From contig NC_088791.1 of assembly GCF_011386835.1 (NCBI RefSeq), forward strand, positions 351,416,001 through 351,480,000: a DNA stretch of 64,000 nucleotides, given 5' to 3'. Within the stretch, counting starts at the first letter, position 1. Every line of letters begins with the position of its first letter. The notes beneath the pieces are model-generated. The model saw only the letters and a program-made list of their open reading frames with translations. It had not been told where the DNA came from and did not search any database. The DNA is from Chrysemys picta bellii. Its lineage: Eukaryota. The translations under genes were made by a program, and so were the position numbers. Shown here piece after piece: positions 47,471 through 59,465 of the stretch.

Positions 47471-48409
47471 TCACCTTCTGCAGGTGTATTTGCTCACTTT
47501 ATCACGAAGCTCTTTCGATTTGACACCATAAATGATAGGGTTGAGCATGGGGGGGACAAGGAGATAGAAGTTAGCGAAGGTGACATGTACATGGGAAGCA
47601 ATTCCTTGACCAAACCTCTGTGTCAGGTAGGAGAAGAGGGAGGGAGTGTAAGACATCAGCATCACACAGGTGTGGGATGTGCAGGTGTTAAGGGCTTTCT
47701 GGTGGGCTTTCTTGGAGGAGATTCTGAGGATGGCTGTGATGATCAGAACATAGGACAGGGCAATGAGTGCCAGGTCTGACCCGTTGACTACAATTGCTAT
47801 CACCAAGCCATATGTCCTGTTGACTGTGATGTCCCCACACGACATTTTTGCCACAGCCATATGCTCGCAGTACGTATGGGGGATAATGCGGTGGGCACAG
47901 AATGGCTGACTGCTCAGGAGCAGGGGCAGGGGCAGAATGAAGAGAACAGCTCTCATCAAACCCACTAGCCCTAGCTTAGCTATTCGTGCATTGGTGAGGA
48001 TCGTGCCATATCTCAGAGGGTTACATATGGCAACATAACGATCGAAGGCCATTGTCACGAGGACAGCTGACTGCATAACTGAAACTGTGTGAATGAAGAA
48101 CATCTGGGTGAGGCAGCCACTCACAGTAATGCCTTTCAAATTGAACCAAAATGTACACAGTGCCATCGGCACGAGGGAGGTAGACATGCCGATATCTGTG
48201 AGTGCCAGCATGCAGAGCAGCAGGTACATCGGCTTGTGCAGGGTCTGCTCTTTGCCTACAACAAACAGAAGCATGAAATTTCCAAACAGGCCGATAATGT
48301 AGAATGTAAAGAAAGGGATGGAAATCCAGAGATGGGCAACTTCCAGGCCAGGAATGCCTATTAGGATAAATGGTGAAGGTTCAGAGAGAGTGAGGTTGAA
48401 AGCTGCCAT
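47471..48409 (-). CDS. Olfactory receptor family 52-like, paralogue 4 (312 aa, intact)
   Basis: Same OR52 motif set; TQRFG in TM6-ECL3. Confidence 0.95.
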   Translation of the reverse strand: MAAFNLTLSEPSPFILIGIPGLEVAHLWISIPFFTFYIIGLFGNFMLLFVVGKEQTLHKPMYLLLCMLALTDIGMSTSLVPMALCTFWFNLKGITVSGCLTQMFFIHTVSVMQSAVLVTMAFDRYVAICNPLRYGTILTNARIAKLGLVGLMRAVLFILPLPLLLSSQPFCAHRIIPHTYCEHMAVAKMSCGDITVNRTYGLVIAIVVNGSDLALIALSYVLIITAILRISSKKAHQKALNTCTSHTCVMLMSYTPSLFSYLTQRFGQGIASHVHVTFANFYLLVPPMLNPIIYGVKSKELRDKVSKYTCRR

Positions 48410-48453
48410 GCAGTGTTCGATACGTCGATCGTGCTCAGAAATGCTTAAGGTGC

Positions 48454-48492
48454 CTGTGAAGGAAGAGAAACACAGGAAGGGGGGGTTACACA
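48454..48492 (-). other. 3' splice site of OR52 paralogue 4 coding exon
   Basis: tgtgtttctcttccttcacag|g, 44 nt upstream of ATG 48409. Confidence 0.75.
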
Positions 48493-50427
48493 GTTTATAA
48501 GAATTAGCACAGTAAATATGTTATAGGGATTTAGAAAGTGGTGTGTGCAGTGAGGTGGGAACATTTACAGATGGCACCAGATTACTTAGGTCATAGTCAA
48601 GTCCAGAGACGTCCTCAGAAGGTGCTACCCAAGCCAGATAACTGGGCAGCATGACGGCATATAAACTTGGATATCAATATCTGTATGCCATTGGATGGAA
48701 AATATTGAACTCCTCAAACATCTTACGAGGTTCTAAATTTGACTATATGAATTCAGTACAGGAACCTGGGTGTCATTGTACACAGCTTTGGGAAGCACTA
48801 CTCACAGTGCAAGCAAAGCAGAAACTAAGTATAACATTGGGATCCAGGAGGAGTTGGCTGAGGAATCCTACAGAAAATACAGTGCCATGAGATCAGTCCG
48901 TCGTTTTTTCACCCTCCTCTGGACTCCTCTGTGTAGTACTGTGTTCCCGTCTCACACGGGATATTGCAGATCTAGATGGGCTCATGGAAGTGCAACGAGA
49001 ATGATCAAGGGCCTGGGGAAACTCTCATATGGAGAGAGGTTGAAAAGACTGGGATCATTACCTTACAATGGAGATGAATAAGAGGGGGTATGAGAAAAGT
49101 CTTTAAATGACTGACTAGTAGAGAGGTTTCAGAGGTATGACTGGTAGAGTGTAGATGGAGATCATGGCTTCCTGGTCTGATAACACAAGATCAAGAGGAT
49201 ATTCAATTAAATTGAGACGTGGCAAATTCAAAACAGATCAATAAAATGCTTTCTCCACTCAATGCCTAAATAGATTGTGGAACTCACTGTCACAAGACAT
49301 AGTTGGGGCCATGCAAGGATCAGGAAGTGTTTGAACATTTACATAGATACTGAGCCTATCCAGTTACAATATTTACAGCAAAATAAATATTTTGGAAAGC
49401 CTATACGCCAGTGTGTTTCAGGGACAAACCAATCTCTAGCTGTTAGACATTAGAGTGACAACCTCATGATGGTTAGGTCATCCCCTCATCTACCCATTGC
49501 TGGGTTTCTTACACCTTGTACTGCAGCACCTAGGGCTCTCACTGTCAGAAAGAGGACACTGGACTAGATATACCATAGATCTGATCCACGATGCAGTTCC
49601 TGTGTTGGAAGGGACCGAAGTTTCCCTAATGGAAACAGACATTATCATGCTGGGTTATAACTCTGTACTCAAGAGAATGGGCACTAGGAGCACAAGGGTT
49701 GTGGTATTTGGGCTATAGGTTACAGGTGGTATTTGACAAGTTTAAGCAGAGACATTTGTCAGCAACTCTGGTGCTTACCCTTCTCATGCCTGAATACTGA
49801 TGAAGTTTGCAGATGACACAAAACATAGGGGATGGTAAATAATGAAGAGGAAAGTTCACTGATTCAGAGCAATCTGGGTTGATTGGCAAACTGGGTCGAA
49901 GCACCCAGTATGTGTTCTAATGTTAGATAGCTACATCTAGGAACAAAGAATGTAGGCAATGCTCACACGACGGGGGGATATCGTTACTTCCCCCTTGATT
50001 TGGTGAGACACTTTCTTGCAGGGACCCAGCTTTGTCTGAGAGATAATGATGCTGGTCTCTATCGTGGGAAGCACAATGACTCTGAACAAGATTTGGGAGT
50101 GTAAAGGGATAACTAGGTAACCATTAGACTCCCAGTGTTACCATGTGGCCAAAATTGCTAATGTCATCTTGGGGTGATAACCGGGGGAATCTCAAGTAGG
50201 AGCAGAGAAATTATTTTACCTCTATTTGGTACTAGTGAACCTGCTACTGGAATCCTGTATCCATTCTTGGTGTCCATACTTCAAGAAGGAGAGTTCAGAG
50301 CCGAGCCGCAAGAATAAGTAGAGAATTAAAAACCTGCCTTTTAGTGTTACGGGGAGACTTCGTCACACTCTAAGTACCTACATAGGGAACAAATATTTAA
50401 TGTGACCTCTTCAATTGCTTACGGGTA

Positions 50428-51233
50428 CATAGAATCGTAGAATATCAGGGTTGGAAGGGACCTCAGGAGGACATCTAAGCAGGACCAATCCCCAACTAAA
50501 AACACCCCAGCCAGGGTTTTGTCAAGCCTGACTTGACAAAACCTCTAAAGAAGGAGATTCCACCACCTCCCTAGGTAACCCATTCCAGTGCTTCACCACC
50601 CTCCTAGTGAAAAAGTTTTTCCTAATATCCAACCTAAACCTCCCCCACTTCAACTTGAGACCATTACTCCTTGTTCTGTCATCTGCTACCACTGAGAACA
50701 GTCTAGATCCATCCTCTTTGTAACCCCCTTTCAGGTAGTTGAAAGCAGCTATCAAATCCCCCTTCATTCTTCTCTTCTGCAGACTCAATAATCACAGTCC
50801 CCTCAGCCTTTCCTCATAAGTCATGTGCTTAAGCCCCCGAATCATTTTTGTTGCCCTCCGCTGGACTCTTTCCAATTTTTTCACATCCTTCCTGTAGTGT
50901 GGGGCCCAAAACTGGACACAGTATTCCAGATGAGGCCTCACCAATGTCGAATAGAGGGGAATGATCACGTCCCTCAGTCTGCTGGCAATGCTCCTATTTA
51001 TACAGCCCAAAATGCCATTAGCCTTCTTGGCAACAAGGGCACATTGTCAACTCATATCCAGCTGCTCATCCACTGTGACCCCTAGGTCCTTTTCTGCAGA
51101 ACTGCTACCTAGCCATTCGGTCCCTAGTCTGTAGCAGTGCATGGGATTCTTCCATCTTAAGTGCAGGACTCTGCTCTTGTCCTTCCTGAACCTCATCAGA
51201 TTTCTTTTGGCCCAATCTTCTAATTTATCTAGG
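50428..51233 (-). mobile_element. CR1 LINE 3' fragment, relatively young
   Basis: catagaatcgtagaat tail; minus ORFs [17 protein letters not shown] and [21 protein letters not shown]. Confidence 0.9.
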
Positions 51234-52500
51234 ACATGTACCCTTGTTGAGAACCACTGCTCTAAAAGATCTTCTCTAGTTCCAATGCAAATTAATTCAG
51301 GGCAGGTCTCTGGCCTGTGCTATGTGGGAGGTCAGACTACATGATCACAATGGTCCCTTCTGGCCTTGGAATCTACAAACCTGTCAGCTGGAGGCATTTT
51401 CCCCGCCCCCTCGAGCCTGAGCTTAGTGAAGGCATTTTTTATATTCTTGACCGTGGTGAATATAACCCGATGGGGAGAAATTCTCATGTGACTGTGATGC
51501 CTGACAAATGTTACACTAGGTGTGTATTTCACGAGGCGGAGGGATTCCGTGACACACTGCATGGACGAATGTTTTAGATGAGAAAAAGAAAACCTGAGCC
51601 CATAAAATCTCTGCACTGAAGAATGTATGTACAAGCATCACTGTGAATGGCTAACAGAGCTGGTTTACAAATGGCTACCAGAGCGCCCTGTGCTGAACAG
51701 TGGGTCCCAGTGGTCCACTGTTTTAGGCATCTGCCTGTGGCTCCTGCACATGGCAGCTGTATTTATCTAGGCCCTCACATGTCCCAGAGTTTCCAACTCT
51801 CCTTATAGAATGCGCAAACTTCTTCGCTTGCGAGTTGTTCCTGTGTAGCAGTCCCCGAAGTTTCATGCGGTGTCTATGGGTGCAACAAGAAAAGCAGCAT
51901 AGGTGCCCTGGTATTTGCCACTCATGTCTGAGCATTATTTTGTTGCGCTTAGAAAGTGTCTGAAGGAAACTCCCAGTTAATGTGGTGTTCTGGGACCAGG
52001 CATGAAAGAGGGGGATTCCCAAACACATAGGCCTTGATTTTGCTCTCAGGGAGGCCAGTGTCAATCAGAGTGACCCACGGTAGGCAGAATGTGAGAGCAG
52101 CATCTGGCCAGTGTGTGACCCATTCTTGTTGTGAACCCTCTGGTAACAGATATCTGCTGCAGAGGTTCTGGCTTCACTTCTTAAGATGCCAGTGAATTTG
52201 CTGAATTGGAAAACATGAGCGAAGCAGAGGAAAAACCACACTGCCCTAAAAAAGGAAGCTACTGAGACAGATAGAAGGACACAGTAAAAGACAAGATGCT
52301 GATCTTAAAAACAAATATTTGTCTAAACTATTTCCAATATATTTGTAGTTCCAATTTTACCAAGTGAATCCCTTGGTGTTTCTGATAATACTAAACAGTT
52401 TAAGTTGCCTTGCTGCTGTATTCCTGCCCAGAGGATTCTTGACTTGAACCCTGGAACCCTTCCTGAGTCCTTAGCACTAATTGTAATGCAGAAACAGATA

Positions 52501-52760
52501 ACTCACCGAAATCCCACTCAGCAGAGAGAGGAAATCTCCTTACTTTGACAGGAAGATTGAGCCCTGAGAATCAGTGTATGAATCTCGTGTCTGACACTCG
52601 GCGAGCTGGACAGCAACCTTTATGATTCTCCTGTACAGTCCCTGCAGACTCTCCGGTTGGCCAGGACTCCCAGATAATTCCTTTGGCTCTGTGAGCAGCG
52701 GGAAGAGCAGAAAATAGACCCTGGAGAACTTTGGCTTGAGAGCCTCACCTGGGACCAAAG
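52501..52760 (-). promoter_or_regulatory. Candidate promoter / first exon of OR52 paralogue 4
   Basis: G|GTGAGT donor at 52501-52507; ACCCTGGAGA at 52718; one-mismatch TCACCTGGGA at 52745. Confidence 0.45.
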
Positions 52761-53214
52761 AAAATATTCACCAATACCAGAGGCTCATATTGTCAGGGCA
52801 AACTGAGTTTTGCAGACTGTTCAATCTAGCAGTTGACAATAGGTTTCTTTTGTGTGTGTACTGTACTGCTATCTGCACTATGTGTGGGAACGCTGCCACA
52901 ACATAGAAGATCAAAAGCCATTTTCAATTTATTGTAGCAGCGTACTGCTGCATATCATCCATGTCGTCGTAATATCCAGTCCATTAGGCTCTGAAAGGTC
53001 AGTGCAACTATGTGGAGGAAAAATGACGTGATCTTGAATTGATGCAAGCTGTAGGGTGTGGAAAAGGCTTTCTTCTCCCAGGATTCTGATATCAAAGCTA
53101 TTTGCCAGTATCCCTTTGTGAGGTCTGAAGTGAATATAAATCTGGGAGTTCAAACTATTCTAATATTTCAGCTACTCTCTGAATCGTGTAATCATCAAAT
53201 TTCAATACTGCGTT

Positions 53215-53341
53215 GTTTCAGAGTAGCAGCCGTGTTAGTCTGTATCCGCAAAAAGAAGAACAGGAGTACTTGTGGCACCTTAGAGACTAACAAATTTATT
53301 AGAGCATAAGCTTTTGTGGACTACAGCCCACTTCTTCGGAT
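53215..53341 (-). mobile_element. Penelope pLTR fragment (hammerhead GAAA mutated)
   Basis: gtttcagagtagcagccgtgttagtc..cccacttcttcgga; absent from paralogous site at 40.67 kb. Confidence 0.8.
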
Positions 53342-53714
53342 CTTTCAGAAATCAATGCAGAAACGGGTTGTGTAATTATGCATCAGAACTAGTACCATGA
53401 GGTTTCTCCACTCACTCTGTGATTCCTTTACCACTCCCAGGGGCAAAATGACCTGGAGTTCATCTCACATGATATCCCACATTTTATGAGTGAATAGCTT
53501 TGGAGTTTCCCTAATCTGTTGTCCTAGGTCCATGTCACTCTGGTGGTATTTTAGGTAGTTGTGCCCTGCTGGAGCAAGAACACAGTGGTTAAGGAATCAA
53601 TCAAATGCTACATCTGGATCTTTTCTTCAGGCTACAGTCCCTCCCCCATGCTTGAGTGATGGGTGCCTGGGGGGCTAATTTGGGCTCTGAAGGTATGAGT
53701 GTGATGGGTTTCAT

Positions 53715-54923
53715 GCTTGACCAACATGATTGCCTTCCAGGATAAGATAAAGGGCTCAATGGATATGGGGAAAGCAATGGATGTGATATATCTTGACTTT
53801 AGCAACGCTTTTGATATGATCTCCCACAGTATTCTTGCCAGCGAGTTAAAGAAGTATGGATTGGATGAATGGACTATAAGATAGATAGAAAGATGGCTAG
53901 GTGATTGGGCTCAACGGGTAGTGATCCACGGATAGATGTCTAATTGGCAGCCAGTATCAAGCGTTGAGCCCAGAAGTCAGTCCTGGAGCTGGTTTTGTTC
54001 AGCATCTTCATTAATGATCTGGATGATGGGATGGATTGCACCCTCAGCAAGTTTGCAGATGACACTAAGCTGGGGGGAGAGGTAGATATGCTGGAGGGTA
54101 GGGATAGGGTCCAGAGTGACCTAGACAAATTAGAGGATTGGGCCAAAAGAAATCTGAGGTTCAACTAGCACAAGTGCAGAGTCCTTCACTTAGGATGGAA
54201 GAATTCCATGAACTGCTACAGGTTGGGGACTGACTGGCTAAACAGCTGTTCTGCAGAAAAGGACCCAGGGAATACAGTGGATGTGAAGCTGGATATGAGT
54301 CAAGAGTTTGCCCTTGTTGCCCGGAAGGCTAATGACATATTGGGCTGTATTAGAAAGGAGCATTGCCAGCAGATCGAGGGAAGTGATTATTCCCCTCTAC
54401 TGGGCACTAGTGAGGCCACTCCTGGAGCATTACATCCAGTTTTGGGCCCCCCACTACAGAAGGGATGTGGACAAATTGGAGAGAGTCCAGCGGAGGGCAA
54501 CGGAAATGATTCGGGAGCTGGGGCACATGACTTATGAGGAGAGGCTGAGGGAACTGAGATTATTTAGTCTGTTGAAGAGAAGAGTGAGGGGGGATTTGAT
54601 AGCAGCTTCAACTACCTGAAGGGGGGTTCCAAAGGGGATGGAGCTTGGCTGTTCTCAGTGGTGGCAGATGACAGAACAAGAAGCAATGGTCTCAAGTTGC
54701 AGTGGGATGTCTAGGTTGGATATTAGGAAACACTATTTCACTAGGAGGTGATGAAGCACTGGAATGGGTTACCTAGGTAGGTGGTGGAATCTCCATCCTT
54801 AGAGGTTTTTAAGGCCTGGCTTGACAAAGGCCTGGGATGATTTAGTTGGAGTTGGCCCTGCTTTGAGCAGGGGTTTGGACTGGACTGAGGTGTCTTCCAA
54901 ATCCAATCTTCTATGATTCTATG
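53715..54923 (+). mobile_element. CR1 LINE 3' portion, disrupted
   Basis: [10 protein letters not shown] region, ttctatgattctatg tail, same 3' flank ctcccatctctgg. Confidence 0.9.
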
Positions 54924-56306
54924 CTCCCATCTCTGGATAGTTCCTGTCATGGCTGCCACTTCCTCTAGCTGCTCCCCCATCCCTGGGCTGTGGAGCCTCC
55001 AGTCCTCCTGGGCTCCAGATAATCCTTTCCCCCCTTACATGGTAGTAGCACAGCCAGGTCTCATCCCTTTGCTGCAGGTCTCCCCCCTCAGACCATGCAC
55101 AATTCAACTGTCTACCCTTATCCCCCCAGCTCCTACCCCCTCTGTTTTCCTGGCACTCTTCCTATTCTCCCCTTCCTCTGGCTTCCCTATGAGTGTCAAC
55201 TCACCTATGACCAGGGAAACACCACAGATAGCTGTCTCTGGGACATAAGAAAAGTTCACAGTCTGTTCCTCACACATCCCAATCCCCAGTGGGAGGGCCA
55301 CAAGGCCCTGTCCCCTCAGTGTTCTTGTCCCTAACCGTCCTTTCCCCCCAATACCCCTCATCAGCCATGTTGGAAACCAGATCCAGGTTGGATGGCCTGG
55401 GCCTCTGGGAATGGTCAGGGGAGCCAAGAGCAGCTTCCAAAACATGTCCCTTCCCCTGGAAAGCCCTGTTCAGAGATGACTGAGGGTCCTCGGTTCCCCA
55501 CAGATGCCTGCATGGTTCTTACACTGACCTGCCTGTGGCTTACGGCCTGGCCTGTATGCAGGACCTCAGTGGCTGAAGAGCTGCAGTGCGGCCATGGTGT
55601 GAGCCGCCAGGGGTTGGCAGCTTTGGAGAGCTGCAGACCCTCCATCTGCCCCAGGGGGCAGAGACATGGGCATGGGGCTTCTCTTCTGCCGCTTCTCCAC
55701 AGGTTCCCAGGGTCCTGGGCTGCTTTCACCTGGCCTGGGCTCCAGTTTTTGGCCTGGCCGGGGGCATAACCTCAGAGTGAAGGGGAAGGGAAGGGGTTCA
55801 GACCTGTGGCAAAAAGCAGATTGACCAAACCCATCCACTCTCAAAAGTGGGAGGGTCATGGTCCCTTCTCTGCACCCCCCCATCCCACTATCTGGTGCTC
55901 CAGCAAAAATCTCCAGCCTGCACTGCGGTGATACTGTGGGTAAGATACCTGCTCTGGCAGTGGCACACTCCCTCAGGCTCTAGGTGGCCGGACCCTTCTC
56001 CCCATCACCTGCCCTCCCATCAGATTCATGTCCCTGCTTCTGAGTCCAGCCTTCAAAGCCCTCCTGTCGAGCAGCATCTCCCTATGCGGGGCCCTCTGCA
56101 TATGGCCTCCTCACCTTGCTCTTCCCAGCTGCTCCTTGTTCTCAGCTGCTGTGTTACTTGTGCTGCGGCCTGCATCCAGTAACCCAACTCTGGCCCCGCA
56201 GCTCCTGCTACAGTTTTCCTCTGGCTCCCACATTGCCCCAACTCCTGGGTCTGGTCTGCTACCACTCCCCACCTCTGCCTTCTTCCTCAGTACTGCTGCT
56301 CTGCCA

Positions 56307-57050
56307 CATGGATGCCGCTGGGGACAAAGACTTTATTGAATTTGTCTTGTTTGCTCTTTCGTTGTTTTCTCAGCTGAACTTGACAAAAACATGCGTTTGA
56401 CAATTTCAACCCAAAACTGCTCAACTTGGTTGTCCTGAGCATGAGGCCAGTGAACCATAGGCAAAACTCTCCACTGCTACTCCAATTGTCCAAAGTATTC
56501 ACAAACCAATGGCAAAAATGAGATATTAGCCAATCTAGGAGATGCAGGGCTGAGTTCAGCAGAAGGACGTACTTCTGTAAGCAATTTAATCACCTAGATG
56601 TTTGATCATAATCCCTGTTTCACCTGTTTCACAAACTCCAACCTGAAATTTTGACACTTACTCTTGATATCTTGGACAACGGGAATGGTTAGTGTGTCTT
56701 TTGAAAGGTCCAACTGAAAGTGACTCAAAAATTGGCTGCACAAAGTGGTAAGCAATGTGACTCAAAGGCAATATGATAGTTTAACACATTAGTCCGGTTC
56801 AAAAATATAGTTTCACACCTCTCACCAAGAAGTTCTAGAAGAATGTCCTCAATTCCCACAGTAAATGTTGCTCACTGTATCACTGTATGTATGACAAAAA
56901 AGTTCAGCATTATAGCTTCTTTCTTTGTCTTTGTCCAGATAATAGTCTGGTTCATCAGTGTAGCTTCAGTTTGTCCAATGATCAAGAATCCTGTTCAGAC
57001 AGAAAACCCACCCTCTGTCAGAAAAGTGCAGTATCTCCTGGTAGTCTGGT
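56307..57050 (-). mobile_element. Degraded hAT transposon, unit 5 (terminal half deleted, local inversion)
   Basis: Paralogous to 31.3-32.1 kb; 56307-56393 inverted. Confidence 0.6.
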
Positions 57051-57310
57051 AGTCACAGAAAGTCCGAATGATGGGGTGAGTGTGTGGGGCTGACGGGTGA
57101 CAATGAAAGAAGGTCAGAGAGAGGGAACTCAGCAATGGAGAGAGCAGTGCTTAGTGAGAGAGGGATAAGTTGTTAGGTGTGAGGAGCTTCTCGGACTCTG
57201 AACTTCCATAGTGCTGAGCTCAGCCAAACTGGGACATAGCACACTTGATTAATAAGGAGATATCATTCCCCCTCTTGTCACACAGCTTTAAAGTCAGTGA
57301 CCTCCGGCGA

Positions 57311-58249
57311 TCACCTTCTGCAGGTGTATTTATACACTTTGTCACAAAGCTCTTTGGATTTGACACCATAAATGATAGGGTTGAGCATGGGGGGGACAAG
57401 GAGATAGAAGTTAACGAAGGTGACATGTACATGGGAAGCGATTCCTTGACCAAACCTCTGTGTCAGGTAAGAGAAGAGGCAGAGAGTATAAGACATCAGC
57501 ATCACACAGATATGGGCTGTGCAGGTGTTAAGGGCTTTCTGGTGGGCTTTCTTGGAAGAGATTCTGAGGACAGCCCTGATGATCAGAACATAGGACAGAG
57601 CAATGAGCGTCAGGTCTAACACGATGACAACAAATGCTGTCACCAAGCCATATATCCTGTTAACTGTGATATCCCCACATGACATCTTTGCCACAGCTAT
57701 GTGCTCGCAGTACGTATGGGGGATAATGCGGTTTGCACAGAATGGCTGCCTGATCAGGAGCAGGGGCAGGGGTAGAATGATGAGAACAGCTCTTATCAAA
57801 CCCACTAGCCCTAGCTTAGCTATTCGTGCATTGGTGAGGATGGTGGTGTATCTCAGAGGGTTACATATGGCAACATAGCGATCAAAGGCCATTGTCACAA
57901 GGACGGCTGACTGCATTATGGTAACCGTGTGAAGGAAGAACATCTGGGTGAGGCAGCCACCCAGAGTAATGCCTTTCAAATTAAACCAAAATATATACAG
58001 TGCCTTTGGAATGACAGAGGTAGACATGCCGATATCTGTGAGTGCCAGCATGCAGAGCAGCAGGTACATTGGCTTGTGCAGGGTCTGCTCTTTGCCTACA
58101 ACAAACAGAACCATAAAATTTCCAAACAGGCTAATAATGTAGAACATAGAGAAAGGGATGGAAATCCAGCCATGAGCAGCTTCCAGTTCAGGGATGCCCA
58201 TTAGGATAAATGTTGAAGGATCAGAGGGGGTGACGTTGAAAGCTGCCAT
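57311..58249 (-). CDS. Olfactory receptor family 52-like, paralogue 5 (312 aa; ATG at 58249)
   Basis: Track start at 58288 is a TTG; MAAFNVT start matches paralogues; OR52 motifs intact. Confidence 0.94.
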   Translation of the reverse strand: MAAFNVTPSDPSTFILMGIPELEAAHGWISIPFSMFYIISLFGNFMVLFVVGKEQTLHKPMYLLLCMLALTDIGMSTSVIPKALYIFWFNLKGITLGGCLTQMFFLHTVTIMQSAVLVTMAFDRYVAICNPLRYTTILTNARIAKLGLVGLIRAVLIILPLPLLLIRQPFCANRIIPHTYCEHIAVAKMSCGDITVNRIYGLVTAFVVIVLDLTLIALSYVLIIRAVLRISSKKAHQKALNTCTAHICVMLMSYTLCLFSYLTQRFGQGIASHVHVTFVNFYLLVPPMLNPIIYGVKSKELCDKVYKYTCRR

Positions 58250-58293
58250 GAGATGGTCGAGGCATCTATCAGGCTCAGAAATGCTCAAGGTGC

Positions 58294-58330
58294 CTGTGAA
58301 AGGAGGGAATCAGAATGAGGGGGGTTATAC
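58294..58330 (-). other. 3' splice site of OR52 paralogue 5 coding exon
   Basis: tgattccctcctttcacag|g, 44 nt upstream of ATG 58249. Confidence 0.72.
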
Positions 58331-59157
58331 ATATTATAACAAATAGTATGGCAAATATTTTATGGTTTGTAACAATCTAGAAAGGGCGTGAGCAGTGCAG
58401 TGGGGACATTTAGAGATGGCACCAGATTACTTAGGTCATATTGAAGTAAAGAGGAGTCCTCAGAGGGAGCTAACCAAGCCAGGTGAATGGGTGGCATGAT
58501 GCCAGATGAACTTCAATGTAAATATCTGCACTGTGTATGCACTTTAGAGGAAAAAGCTTGAGCTCCTCAAACACTTTATGAGGTTCTAATTTCACTGTAT
58601 GAATTCAGTACAAGACACGGTACACAGCTCTGTGAAACCCTGCTCAAAGTGCAAGCATGGCAGAAACTCAGCAAAACATTGGGTCCAAGAGGAGTGGGAT
58701 TGGGAATCATACAGAAAAGACAATGCCATGAGATCAGTAGGTCAATGTTTCACCCTTCTTTAGACTCCTCTGTGTGGCACGGTGCACCCTTTTCACACAG
58801 GATATTGCAGAACTAGAGGGGTTCAGGGAAGGGCAAGAAGAAAGATCAAGGGCCTGGTTAAACTCTCATATGGAGAGAGGTTAAAAAGACTGGGACTGTT
58901 ACCTTACAAAGGAGATGAATAAGAGGGGGTATGAGAGAAGTCTATAAATTACTGACTGGTAGAGGGTTTTCAGAGGGATGACTGGTATAGAGCAGATCAA
59001 GAATGTGTTCTCCCTGTCTGACAACACAAGACTATCCAGTTACAATACTTACAGTGAAATAAACATTTTTGAAAGTGTATACGCCCATGACACTAGCCAA
59101 TCTCTAGCTGTTAGGCATTACGATGCCACCCTCAGGATGGTTAAGGCATCCCTCCAT

Positions 59158-59465
59158 CAGGGCCAGCTCCAGGCACCAGCTAAGGAAGGAGGTGCGTGGG
59201 GTGGCCAATCGAAATGGTCAGCACTCCGTCCTCTACTAGGGACGTCTGCGTCTTCGGCGGGAATTCGGCGGCGGGTCCCTCAGACCCTCTCTTCCTCTTT
59301 GAGCTGCTGCCGAAGTGCTACCAAAGAGGAAGAGAGGGAGTGAAGGACCCGCCGCCGAACTACCGCTGAAGAATGGAGCGGCGCGATTGAGCTGCCGCCA
59401 AAGTGCTGCCAATTGCCTTTTTTTTTCCTCTGCTTGGGGCGGCAGAAAACCTGGAGCCGGCCCTG
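59158..59465. mobile_element. GC-rich hAT-type MITE
   Basis: TIRs cagggccagctccagg / cctggagccggccctg; 8-bp TSD ccctccat / ccccccat; empty site in paralogue at 49.48 kb. Confidence 0.88.
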
